Origin: Candidatus Fermentithermobacillaceae bacterium
GTDB taxonomy: Bacteria > Bacillota > Sulfobacillia > Fermentithermobacillales > DUSS01
Assembly: GCA_020725645.1 (NCBI GenBank)
Contig: DYEQ01000030.1
Location: 2,863 to 66,862 of the forward strand
Direction: 5' to 3'
Length of the DNA stretch: 64,000 bases
This document shows positions 10,090 through 19,747 of this stretch, piece after piece. The notes under the pieces were generated by a model. That model made no database searches. It saw nothing but the letters and a program-made list of their open reading frames with translations, and was not told the DNA's origin. Positions within the stretch are counted from its first letter, which is position 1. Every line of letters begins with the position of its first letter. The translations under genes were made by a program, and so were the position numbers.

Positions 10090-11280
10090 ATGGCGATCGC
10101 CGCGGTGAAGCGTCAGGAAGCGCCCGCAGGGTCCGTTAAGCTTGATGTGGGCTTCGCGGTGCTGGCGAAGTACGGAGAAGACCTACCCGGCGATTCGGTG
10201 GAGGTAGTCAGGGAAGGTTCTTCGCTCATAGTCGCGCTATCGGACGGTCTGGGAAGCGGCGTCAAAGCTAACATCTTGTCGGGCCTCACAGCTAAGCTGT
10301 CGGTCGGAATGCTCAAGTACAAGTGCGATCTCGACGAAGTCGTCGACTGCCTGGCGAGGACCCTTCCTGTATGCGAGGTCAGGAAGATCGCTTATTCCAC
10401 CTTCAGTGTGCTGCAGGCGTCCGAGTCGGGAGAGGCGTATCTCGCCGAGTACGACAATCCTCCCGCCTTCTTCGGAAAGGGTCGAGAGCTCCTTCCCCTC
10501 GATAGATCCAGGCGCACGGTGAGCGGCCGCGCAATAAGCGAGGCCAGGTTCAATCTGGAACCGGACTCGTGGGTGGTCCTGGTGACCGACGGAGTCATCC
10601 ATGCAGGCCTCGGGAACGTGTGGAACCTGGGATGGTCCTGGGAACGAGTCGGACAGTATGTATCCAGGACGGTCCCGGCGTTCGTCACAGCTCAGGAAGC
10701 TGCCGACGACCTGGCCGAAGTTACGCGCCGGCTCTATCAAGGCAAGCCCGGGGACGACGCGGCGGTCGTCGTCATCAAATCCAGGCAGCCCCGGTTTGTA
10801 ACGATGATGGTAGGTCTTCCGAAGAAGAGGGAAAACGACGCACAGGTTGTGCGTTACCTGATGGAGTCTCCGGGCAAAAAGGTGGTGTGCGGTGGATCAA
10901 CCAGCCAGGTAGTGGCAAGAGAACTCGGACGCGAACTTACGGTGAACCTCGCTTCGATGAAGAAAGGAGTGCCTCCTACCGGATTCATCGATGGTATCGA
11001 TCTGGTAGCAGAAGGCACTCTCACCCTGGAAAAGACCCTGTCGTACCTCAAGCAGGGGCTCCCGCGCAGCGAATTCGTGTACCAGGCGGACGGGGCTTCC
11101 CGGCTTACGAGCATACTGCTGGAATCAGACGACATCCTCATCCTGCTCGGTTCAGCGATCAATCCGGCACACCAGAGTCCGGATCTGCCCGTCACCCTTC
11201 AGCTCAAGCCGAAAATGATCGAGGACCTCAGCAAGATCCTCGAATCTATGGGGAAAAAAGTTACCATCGTGCGCGTATAA
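10090..11280 (+). CDS. SpoIIE/PP2C-like Ser/Thr phosphatase (HfsC-like)
   Basis: LSDGLGSGVKANILS, VTDGV, GDDA and VVCGGST motifs. Confidence 0.88.
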   Translation: MAIAAVKRQEAPAGSVKLDVGFAVLAKYGEDLPGDSVEVVREGSSLIVALSDGLGSGVKANILSGLTAKLSVGMLKYKCDLDEVVDCLARTLPVCEVRKIAYSTFSVLQASESGEAYLAEYDNPPAFFGKGRELLPLDRSRRTVSGRAISEARFNLEPDSWVVLVTDGVIHAGLGNVWNLGWSWERVGQYVSRTVPAFVTAQEAADDLAEVTRRLYQGKPGDDAAVVVIKSRQPRFVTMMVGLPKKRENDAQVVRYLMESPGKKVVCGGSTSQVVARELGRELTVNLASMKKGVPPTGFIDGIDLVAEGTLTLEKTLSYLKQGLPRSEFVYQADGASRLTSILLESDDILILLGSAINPAHQSPDLPVTLQLKPKMIEDLSKILESMGKKVTIVRV

Positions 11281-11415
11281 ACACGCATGGCGTCGCAGCT
11301 TCCAGATTCCCCGACCGTTTCGAGACACAGGTTCTCGTCCTTAGTGCAGCATCCGGAAGAGTTGCGGTGCAGGCAGACTTTAAAATCTGCTCCTGCACCG
11401 CAAGAGCTCCGCAAA

Positions 11416-13218
11416 TTATGTCGCGGCCGCAGCCATAACCCTCCTCGATCTGGCTTGTATGCCCCATAACCTGTGATCGGTATGGAGGAGTTTCTCAGAA
11501 AGCTCTCCCCCGGGAGTTTTGAGGAACTTGTCGTAGAGCTCGATCACAGCCGGGTTCTCGTGGGCAAACCTGACGGGCGCTTTGTCATCGATGCCGTAAA
11601 GGGTTTGGGCCCTGGCTCCGGCCTCGGGGTTGTACTCGAATCCCTGCGCATACGGCTGGCCGCCCCCGCCGGCGCATCCTCCGGGGCACGCCATCACTTC
11701 CACGAAGTCATAGGCGACCCTCTTCGCCTTGATGTCTTCCAAGAGCATCCTGGCGTTCCCCAGACCGTGCACGACGGCAACTGTCAGAGTCTTTCCTGCG
11801 ACATCAAACTCTGCTTCTCTCCTGCCTCCTGTGCCGCGCACGACTCTGAATGCGTCCACAGGGGGATTCTTCCCGGTGGCCAGGTAATAGGCCGTTCTAA
11901 GGGCGGCCTCCATCACACCGCCCGTGCTTCCGAAGATGACCCCGGCCCCCGATGCCAGCCCCAGCGGCGAGTCGAAATCCACCTCCGGAAGATTCTCCAC
12001 TCTGACTCCCTCTTCCATGATAAGCGAGGATATTTCCCTCGTTGTGAGCGTCACGTCCACGTCTCGAAAGCCGCTGGAGCTCATGACATCGAGCGATGCT
12101 TCGTATTTTTTAGCTGTACACGGCATCAGCGAAAGAACCCTTATATCTCCGGCGCCGACCCCGAAACTCTGCGCCCAGTAGGTCTTGGCCAAGGCGCCGA
12201 ACATCTGTTGAGGGGATTTGGCACTGGAAAGACAGGGGAGGAATTCGGGGTATTCCGCTCCGAGAAACCTGACCCAGGCCGGGCAACAGGACGTAAACAT
12301 CGGCATTCGGCGGGCGTTCGGACCGCCGTGTGACCGCTGGCCTTCCACCAGACCCGCTCTGCGGAGGAGCTCCGCCGCTTCCTCTATCACGGTAACATCG
12401 GCAGCAAAACAGGTATCGAACACGAGATCGAAACCTATGTGCTTCAAGGCGGCCACGAGCCTTCCCGGGGTGGCCACGCTCCGGGGAAGGCCGAGAGCTT
12501 CGCCCCAGGACGCTCTCACGGCGGGTGCTACCTGGGTCACAATCCGCTTTCCCTGTTTTCTCGAGTTCAAAAGTTCCCAGGCAACATCCCGGTCGTCCTT
12601 CTCCGAAAGGGCGCCCACCGGGCAACTTACGACGCACTGTCCGCAATAAGTACAAGCGGTGTGAGCTAAAGGCGCGCCTCCCTCGGGAACAACTTGGGTA
12701 TGGCCCCCCGCCCCTGCAATCGTCCAGATGCCCATGGACTGAACCCGATCGCACACGCTTACGCAGCGATAGCACAGAATGCACTTGCGCGGGTCCTTGA
12801 CCAGCGAAGGACTTGACGTGTCCGGTTCTCCTTGCGGAGCCGAAGAGTGATACTTCTGAGTCCTGACTCCGAGTTTTTCAGCCAGGCTTTGAAGGTCGCA
12901 TTTGCCGTTCTGCGGGCAGGTGGGACAGTTACAGTCGTGCTCGGAAAGGAGGAGCTCCACCACAGTTCGCCTGGCTTCCCTCACCCTCGGACTGGCCGTG
13001 AGCACGGACATGCCATCCCGAACCGTGATATTGCAGGATGTCACGAGTTTTTCGACACCCTCTATTTCCACTACACATACTCTGCAGGCACCCACGTCGT
13101 TGATGCCTTTCAGATGACACAGCGTGGGTATGCGAAACCCTGCTTTTGTCGCCGCCTCCAGGATAGTGCATTCGGGCGATGCCGTTACTTCTTTCCCATC
13201 GATGGTTATCTTGACCAC
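11416..13218 (-). CDS. hydA: [FeFe]-hydrogenase catalytic subunit, group A
   Basis: [2Fe-2S], His-ligated [4Fe-4S] and 2x[4Fe-4S] domains; TSCCPAW, MPCTAKKYE and EVMACPGGCAGGGGQP; GTG after GGAGGTG. Confidence 0.94.
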   Translation of the reverse strand: MVKITIDGKEVTASPECTILEAATKAGFRIPTLCHLKGINDVGACRVCVVEIEGVEKLVTSCNITVRDGMSVLTASPRVREARRTVVELLLSEHDCNCPTCPQNGKCDLQSLAEKLGVRTQKYHSSAPQGEPDTSSPSLVKDPRKCILCYRCVSVCDRVQSMGIWTIAGAGGHTQVVPEGGAPLAHTACTYCGQCVVSCPVGALSEKDDRDVAWELLNSRKQGKRIVTQVAPAVRASWGEALGLPRSVATPGRLVAALKHIGFDLVFDTCFAADVTVIEEAAELLRRAGLVEGQRSHGGPNARRMPMFTSCCPAWVRFLGAEYPEFLPCLSSAKSPQQMFGALAKTYWAQSFGVGAGDIRVLSLMPCTAKKYEASLDVMSSSGFRDVDVTLTTREISSLIMEEGVRVENLPEVDFDSPLGLASGAGVIFGSTGGVMEAALRTAYYLATGKNPPVDAFRVVRGTGGRREAEFDVAGKTLTVAVVHGLGNARMLLEDIKAKRVAYDFVEVMACPGGCAGGGGQPYAQGFEYNPEAGARAQTLYGIDDKAPVRFAHENPAVIELYDKFLKTPGGELSEKLLHTDHRLWGIQARSRRVMAAAAT

Positions 13219-15047
13219 GCGTACCACCTCCCGCTCCTCAAAGGAGCACAGCCGTAGTGATCGCACCTGAGACATCTGTGCGCTTCTCTAAGAGCTTCCT
13301 CGGCGGACATACCTTTCTCCACCATCCTGAAGTCTCTCACTCTGACAAGCGGCGACCGCTCTTTCAGCTCAACGCGTCCTGAGGGCATCATGTCGGAAGG
13401 CCTTGCAGGCGGAATGGGATGTCGAGCGGTCTCCACCGGTTCCCCTCCGAGGTACACGTGGATATTCAGTGCAGCTGTCTTGCCGTGGCCGATGGCCTTT
13501 ACAGCCGTAGATGGGCCGCTAACACAGTCGCCTCCCGCGAAAACCCCAGGCACACCGGGGACGCTGAGATCTTCTCCGGCGACCACAAGGTCCTTATTCG
13601 TGGGGATCCCTTCCTCTTTGAACCGCGCGGATTCGGATGACTGACCGATGGCTACTATTATTACGTCGCACTCGACGGTCTCGTCGGGTCTTCCCGATGG
13701 AACCGGCTTGGGCCTACCCGAATCATCGATGGGACCCGCTACCATAGGTCTTATGATTAAACCGGTGACCGCGCCTCTTTCGTTCCGGGTGACCCGCACA
13801 GGCGAGGCGAGGTCAATCAGGTCCACCCCTTCCTCGAGGGCACCGGTGACCTCTTTAGGATCGGCGGGCATATCTTCTCTCCTCCGCCTGTACACGAGCT
13901 TCACCTCGCGAGCACCCAGACGAACCGCCGTCCTCGCCGCATCCATAGCGACGTTTCCGCCGCCCACCACAGCAACGATCTTGCCCCGAAGCACCGGAAG
14001 CGGGCCCGAGATAACCTGACGGAGGAACGAAACGGCGGAAACCACATCAGGACCCTCTTCCCCTTCGATTCCGAGTTTTCGGTCTTCATGGCAGCCAATC
14101 GCGAGGAAAACCGCATCGTATTCCCGCCGCAAACCTTCGATGGAGGCATCCTTCCCTATCTCAAACGAGGTCTTTGCCGGGATTCCCAGACTCAGTATCC
14201 TTTCGATTTCCTTATCCAAAAGCGCCTTGGGCAGGCGATATTCGGGAATTCCGTATCGAAGCATCCCGCCAAGCTTAGGATACTTCTCGAATATGGTCAC
14301 GTCGTGCCCCCAAAGAGCCAGGTAATATGCACAGGTAAGACCGGCCGGGCCGCCTCCCACGACAGCTACTTTCTTTCCCGTGGGCGGTAGCGGTTCGGGC
14401 AGAGGCACGTCACCCGAAGACTCTACCGCATAGCGCTTCAGTCCTCTGATGTTGACGGCATCGTCGAGCATGCGCCTCCTGCAGTGAGCTTCACAAGGAT
14501 GATCGCAGATGAGGGCGCAAACAGTGGGAAGCGGATTAGCTTCTCTTATGAGCGCCACCGCTTCTTTGGGTTTCCCTTCGCGGATCAGGGCTATGTACCC
14601 CGGTACGTTCACCCCGGCAGGGCAAGCTGACTGGCACGGGATGGGACCCGCGAAGATCCCGACGCACCTGGATTCCAGAGCATGGGATTGAAAATCATTC
14701 AGGAACTCGTCAAGGTTCCTGAGGACCATTGAACCAGCATGCACACCAAGGACGCAGTCGGACGTATCCCGGACGGTTCTGGCCGTCGCCTCCAGCGTGG
14801 ATAGAAGAGATGGATCACCCCGTCCGTCGATCAGGTCCGAGATGATGTCGGCCATCTTTCCCAGACCGATACGACAGGGCACGCACTTGCCGCAGCTCTG
14901 AGCATGACACAACCGCAGGAATACCATGGTCATCTCTACCGGACAGATCCCCGCAGGTGCCAGGGCGATCCGGTGCTGCATGCTGGTGGTCATCTCAGCT
15001 ATGACCGACTCCATCCTATCGGGAGACGGCGCACGTACGTAGCTCAA
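13206..15047 (-). CDS. hydrogenase partner subunit: NuoF-type [4Fe-4S] domain fused to a GltD/SudA-like FAD/NAD(P) oxidoreductase
   Basis: SCGKCVPCRIG; PCQSACP...ICDHPCEAHC; GGGPAG; GGGNVAMD with YRRRR (NADP-type); C-terminal RCLRCD. Confidence 0.88.
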   Translation of the reverse strand: MSYVRAPSPDRMESVIAEMTTSMQHRIALAPAGICPVEMTMVFLRLCHAQSCGKCVPCRIGLGKMADIISDLIDGRGDPSLLSTLEATARTVRDTSDCVLGVHAGSMVLRNLDEFLNDFQSHALESRCVGIFAGPIPCQSACPAGVNVPGYIALIREGKPKEAVALIREANPLPTVCALICDHPCEAHCRRRMLDDAVNIRGLKRYAVESSGDVPLPEPLPPTGKKVAVVGGGPAGLTCAYYLALWGHDVTIFEKYPKLGGMLRYGIPEYRLPKALLDKEIERILSLGIPAKTSFEIGKDASIEGLRREYDAVFLAIGCHEDRKLGIEGEEGPDVVSAVSFLRQVISGPLPVLRGKIVAVVGGGNVAMDAARTAVRLGAREVKLVYRRRREDMPADPKEVTGALEEGVDLIDLASPVRVTRNERGAVTGLIIRPMVAGPIDDSGRPKPVPSGRPDETVECDVIIVAIGQSSESARFKEEGIPTNKDLVVAGEDLSVPGVPGVFAGGDCVSGPSTAVKAIGHGKTAALNIHVYLGGEPVETARHPIPPARPSDMMPSGRVELKERSPLVRVRDFRMVEKGMSAEEALREAHRCLRCDHYGCAPLRSGRWYAWSR

Positions 15048-15112
15048 GCGGTCACAACTCCTCTCCGTATGCATCCTCGCATATTCGTGAATGTGGGTAC
15101 TATCCCAACACC

Positions 15113-15141
15113 ATTATATGCAAACATCCATGAGGGTGCAA
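15113..15141 (-). promoter_or_regulatory. sigmaA promoter of the hydrogenase operon
   Basis: TTGCAC-N17-TATAAT on the minus strand. Confidence 0.8.
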
Positions 15142-15361
15142 GGGGTTGTTCTGGTTCATGTCGTGCGATACGCTCGCCTATGCCGCGTGTTTCCAAGACA
15201 GACCAATCTGGAAAGGTGTTGTCTAGAGGTCAACAGTTTTTGAAAGTGTCTCTTCCGGCGACCTCAAATCTCCCAGGTCTTCCACGCCCTCGAGCAGCGG
15301 CTTTCCGTCTACCTGTTTCACATGTATCTGAACTCGGTTAGGGGTCTCTAGCTCCTCCCGA

Positions 15362-16834
15362 TCACCAGAAGCCACCTAAGAGCGTTTCCACTATGAGAGC
15401 AACATTCAGAAGCACTATTAATCCCGCCACCACCCAACCGGTGAAGGCAGTACGCGCGTCGTTTACGAACTGTCCCATGACGTCCCGCCTCCCGGTTATG
15501 AGGAGAAGCGGGATTATCGCTGCAGGCAAGGCGAAGCTGAGAGATACCTGGCTTAGGACCAGCACCTCAACGGGGTCCCACCCGATCAGGATGATGGCGA
15601 CAGCGGGAACCACCGTCGCCAGGCGTGCTATCCACGGACGAATTCTCACGCCAACGAAACCGTTGACGATGATTTCGCCTGCATGAATGCCTACGGTTGT
15701 CGAAGACAGCCCGGAGCAAAGAAGGGCGAGGGCAAATGCTGAACTCGAAAGATTGCCCAGAAGAGGAGCTAGAGTTTTGTGGGCCTCCTCGATGGTTTCG
15801 ACGGCGACGCCGAGAGCGTAAAACGTTGCAGAGGACATCACCACCATAGCTGAGTTGATGACGAAAGCTGCGTTCATAGCCGCAAGCACATCCACCTTCT
15901 CGAGAAACAGGTGTTCCTTCATAGCTTCGCGGTCGGGCTTTCGCCGGACCAGGACAAGGTGCGAATGCAGGTAGATCACATGAGGCATAACCGTTGCGCC
16001 CAGCATCCCGGCGGCTACATATAGACTTTCGGCTGGCAGGGATGGGACGAGAGTCCCACAGCCGACGGCGCTCCAGTCGGGCTTTACGAGAAAGAGCTCA
16101 ATGACGTAGCATATACCGATTACGCTTACCAACCCGGCGATGACCATTTCCGATAACCTCTGGCCCCGATCGCCCAGGGCCAGAATAGCTGAACTTATGC
16201 AGCAGGTGATAGCCGCTCCGAAGGGTAGAGGTACTCCGAAGAGCAGATAAAACCCGAGAGCACCTCCCACCACTTCGGCAAGATTGGTTGCCACGGCTGC
16301 CGCCACGCCTATGCACCAGAGGAGCCGGTTTACTCCCGGTTTGAAAAGCCTGGCGCACTGCTCGGGAAGGGTGAGCCCGGTGGCGATGCCGAGCTTGGCT
16401 GAGAGGGTTTGGAACAGAATGGCGAACATGTTGCTCCAAAGGAGAACCCAGAGAAGTGAGTAGCCGAACTCCGAGCCGGCTGTTATGTTGGTGGCGAAAT
16501 TCCCGGGGTCCATGTATGCCACGCTTACGACGAATGCCGGCCCGAGGTATTTCAGGACCTTCCGGATGACGGTAGTAAAAGAGCCTGACCCAGGTCGCGC
16601 CTCGGTCCCTTCTATGTAGTGTCGTGAGAGGTCCGTTGCACGGCCGGTACTTTTCCAGACTGTGGTCGAGCGAACCACCTGCGCGGCGACTGCGTCGGTC
16701 GTCTCGCTGTTTGCCCAGTGAGACGTCAGGGCGACCGCGTTGGAGGTAGTTTCAGAGCTTGCCGTAGAGACCGCCGTGCAAGCTGACGCCGGAGCTACTG
16801 CTCTCGAGGTGCCAAACGTATCCATCTGGTCCAA
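15362..16834 (-). CDS. mntH: Nramp-family Mn2+/Fe2+ transporter with a long low-complexity N-terminus
   Basis: AYMDPGNFATN and GATVMPHVIYLHS; TTG start 8 nt after GGAGG. Confidence 0.92.
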   Translation of the reverse strand: MDQMDTFGTSRAVAPASACTAVSTASSETTSNAVALTSHWANSETTDAVAAQVVRSTTVWKSTGRATDLSRHYIEGTEARPGSGSFTTVIRKVLKYLGPAFVVSVAYMDPGNFATNITAGSEFGYSLLWVLLWSNMFAILFQTLSAKLGIATGLTLPEQCARLFKPGVNRLLWCIGVAAAVATNLAEVVGGALGFYLLFGVPLPFGAAITCCISSAILALGDRGQRLSEMVIAGLVSVIGICYVIELFLVKPDWSAVGCGTLVPSLPAESLYVAAGMLGATVMPHVIYLHSHLVLVRRKPDREAMKEHLFLEKVDVLAAMNAAFVINSAMVVMSSATFYALGVAVETIEEAHKTLAPLLGNLSSSAFALALLCSGLSSTTVGIHAGEIIVNGFVGVRIRPWIARLATVVPAVAIILIGWDPVEVLVLSQVSLSFALPAAIIPLLLITGRRDVMGQFVNDARTAFTGWVVAGLIVLLNVALIVETLLGGFW

Positions 16835-16885
16835 TGCCGCTTCCTCCGTCAAACACCCGATCTTGCCGCATGTCACCAAAGACTC

Positions 16886-16899
16886 TTAGCTGCGGCTAA
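16886..16899. promoter_or_regulatory. putative MntR/DtxR-family operator
   Basis: Palindrome TTAGC-tgcg-GCTAA about 50 nt upstream of mntH; mntR is 2 kb away. Confidence 0.6.
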
Positions 16900-17096
16900 A
16901 TCCGGAACAGCACATATTATGAAGGCTATCTTTGCGGGGTGAACGGAGGGAATATAGCCAGCAAGTCTGCCCCTGGCATTAGATTCGCTCCCGAAACAAA
17001 CGAAATCTTCTTCGGGGCCTGCTCAATCGCCGATCCGGTCTGCTTCTCATCGTCAGCTGGCCACAATCGGCGATAGCGGACATTAGTTTCACACTG

Positions 17097-17408
17097 ATGG
17101 ACGATCGCCATAAGAACGGGAGTTGGCTCGCTGCGAGAAATGACGGGGAGACCTGTATCCTGGTGGACGAGGCGCACTATAAGGCGATATACCGCAAAGC
17201 AGGCTGGCTGTCCCCTGTACTGCTGGTTGGCGGACGTGCCGCAGGGATCTGGGAGGCCGAGCGGAGAGGTAGCAGTCTCGCGGTTTCCGTAAGGCCCTTC
17301 GCTCCCGTCCGGCCGGAGGTCGCCTCAGCCATTGAAGGCCAAGCCATGGACCTGGCAGGGTTTTTCGGGTGTAAGTGCGTGTTGGACATCCAGGGCTCCT
17401 TGGGGTAA
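17097..17408 (+). pseudogene. C-terminal fragment of an AlkZ/YcaQ-like (HTH_42) DNA glycosylase
   Basis: IYRKAGWLSPVLLVGGRAAGIW...VRPFAP...LAGFFG resembles the family C-terminus; the N-terminal two thirds are absent. Confidence 0.6.
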
Positions 17409-17593
17409 GGAACTTTTTACCACCAGATTACTGTCACTACGTTTCTGTCACCAGAGTTGTCACCTATCGATTGCCCTGAGGAGTTCCCTCATCCTCTCGC
17501 CCGTGACTATAGCTCTCTCTGGGGTAACTCTTGTGGTCAGGCCCGCAAGACTAATGGCGGAAGCAATAGGTTCGTCGAACTCACCAGGTACGG

Positions 17594-18781
17594 TTATGTG
17601 GTGGGCAGATTGAGTGCCTTCACGAGCATCGTCGCAAAGGAACCCGGGGGGAGCACGAATTTCATCCTGAGCTTCATGCGACCGGCGTACAGGTCGTCTT
17701 CGATGAAAGGCCCCCATTGGAAATCGCGAGGAATCACGATGGCACTTCTCAAGAACGACTTAAAGTGGACTTTCCGTATGTCCCTCGGCCCGAACTGGAC
17801 GGGACGAACGCTCCGCTCTTCGAGCACCTGACGGATAGCTTCCTCCACTTCAGGCTCGGTCACAGGCATCTTCCGGGATACCGTTGGTATCTCCAAACCG
17901 GCAAGGTGACGGAAAACTTCCTGGGGGAGCATGCGGTAGAAGCGGTAATCCATGATCTTGCCCTTTACGACAAAAAGGTTGTCTAGGTGGCCGGCATAGG
18001 ATATGAGGATGCGCTCGAGAGTCTTGTTCCAGAGAAAACTCTGGTAAGCTGCGAAGAACATCGAAAGCTCATCCCGGGGAATCAATTCTATGGCCGCGGC
18101 CAGACGGCTTCGGCTTGCTCCTTCCGAAAGCCTGCGGCAGATAGCTCTCTCCACCGCCGTCTTACAAAGCTTCTCGATGCCTTCCCAGTCCCGCGTGGGC
18201 CAGAGGGCGTCGATGGCTCTCCGGCGTCGCTTTTCATCCGCGCTTTGCTCCGGGTGAACCACGGTAAAGTACAGTTTTAGTGCGCCTCTGTAGTGGCCCA
18301 TAATCACCTTCTCGGCAAAGAACTCGTCGGGTTTGGAAACGCTCCCGAAACGCTGATCATCGAAGTAATTGGGGAAGCCCCACCTGGATATTTCGGCGAG
18401 CCGTGCCCGAAGGCTTGAAACATCGGAGGGCTCCACTTTCCTTACGGTAATCTCGAACTCATTGGCCTCAATTGACCGGGCGGATATGAAGTCGTCGGAA
18501 AAGCCCAGGAAAGTGAGGGTGAGATTGGGTTCTGGCGACCGCAAGGCGTATTCTCTGGGGACTGAGATGTGCTGACAGGTGCGGGCATAGCGATCCTTGC
18601 GACCACCGTACCCGATATGAGCAAGTTTGGCGCCGCTCGCCCTGGCGATTACCCTGAGAGCATCCAGCGTGTTCCAGTAACGTTTCTCCAGGAGGTATAT
18701 GCGATACCGTCCCGACGGCGTCAAACGCAGCGTCACCTTTTCCGTGACCACAAAGTCATCTGGAGTAACCTTGATCTTCAT
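17594..18781 (-). CDS. truD: tRNA pseudouridine(13) synthase
   Basis: MKIKVTPDDFVVTE, GRKDRYA (catalytic Asp), GFPNYFDDQRFG and FVLPPGSFAT. Confidence 0.9.
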   Translation of the reverse strand: MKIKVTPDDFVVTEKVTLRLTPSGRYRIYLLEKRYWNTLDALRVIARASGAKLAHIGYGGRKDRYARTCQHISVPREYALRSPEPNLTLTFLGFSDDFISARSIEANEFEITVRKVEPSDVSSLRARLAEISRWGFPNYFDDQRFGSVSKPDEFFAEKVIMGHYRGALKLYFTVVHPEQSADEKRRRRAIDALWPTRDWEGIEKLCKTAVERAICRRLSEGASRSRLAAAIELIPRDELSMFFAAYQSFLWNKTLERILISYAGHLDNLFVVKGKIMDYRFYRMLPQEVFRHLAGLEIPTVSRKMPVTEPEVEEAIRQVLEERSVRPVQFGPRDIRKVHFKSFLRSAIVIPRDFQWGPFIEDDLYAGRMKLRMKFVLPPGSFATMLVKALNLPTT

Positions 18782-18857
18782 TCCCTTGATCGGTCCTCCA
18801 AGTCGGTCTTCAAAGCAAACTTGAATCTCTTTCGACTGCTCGCGACGCCTGGCGCAT

Positions 18858-19331
18858 TTACCTTCCCCGGAGGTACCCATGCCACGCACCGGCGAATTCC
18901 GGGTGTTCGCGAACGAAGTCCATCAGCTTCTTTATTCCCGATATCGCCTCTTCGCTCAAGTTGTGTTCCACTTTCTCGGTATCCTCGAGGGGGTCGGCCA
19001 CCCCGAGAAAAGAGAAAAACTCGATGAGCACGTCATGCCGTTCGATAAGATCCCGGCCCCGCCTAACCCCCATTGCCGTAAGTCGGATCATACCGTATTT
19101 CTCGTACTGGAGAAATCCGTCTTCCGCAAGCTTCTGAACCATCCGAGATGCCGAAGGCGGCTGAACGTGTAAAGCTCCGGCAAGTTCCAATACGCGAGTG
19201 TAACCGCTCTTCTGACACAGCCGGTAGAGCATTTCCAGGTAGTCTTCCATACTGGGCGAAAGAGCATCAGCTCGCCTTGAGTCTTTGAGCGAATATCCGC
19301 GAAATGTATAGAACCCTCCTCCTTCCGCCAT
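18858..19331 (-). CDS. mntR: DtxR/MntR-family metal-dependent regulator
   Basis: SMEDYLE, VQPPSASRMV, YEKYG and EKVEH. Confidence 0.9.
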   Translation of the reverse strand: MAEGGGFYTFRGYSLKDSRRADALSPSMEDYLEMLYRLCQKSGYTRVLELAGALHVQPPSASRMVQKLAEDGFLQYEKYGMIRLTAMGVRRGRDLIERHDVLIEFFSFLGVADPLEDTEKVEHNLSEEAISGIKKLMDFVREHPEFAGAWHGYLRGR

Positions 19332-19747
19332 ATGCTGCCACCTCCCTCCTTTGGCAGAAACGCTCCGCGCACGATCCGGAGTCCTCGCGGTTAAGACGGC
19401 CCGGCACGTCGTTGGCGTTGCGAGGTCTCCGGCCCCCTATGCACCGAGCTGTCCTGGCCTTGAGGTTTGCAATCCATCCAAAAGTGTTTCGTGGTCCCCA
19501 CTCCCCGTGCCACGGTGACCATTACAGTGTATTCGTCTTCGAGGCCTGAACCGTTCTGACCCGGCCCCCCCCGTGACTGTAAACCAGGGGACTTGAGAGG
19601 TCTCGCCTGCACGGCGGGAGACAACCAGGCGGCCAGACGGAGGAGAAAGAGCAGCTTAAGTCGAATCGTGTCGTACCGGGAGCGGGGCAAACCTCGGTTC
19701 AGCTTCCTCATCCGAGACCAATCGTCCCAACAAATGGAGCTGAGAGA

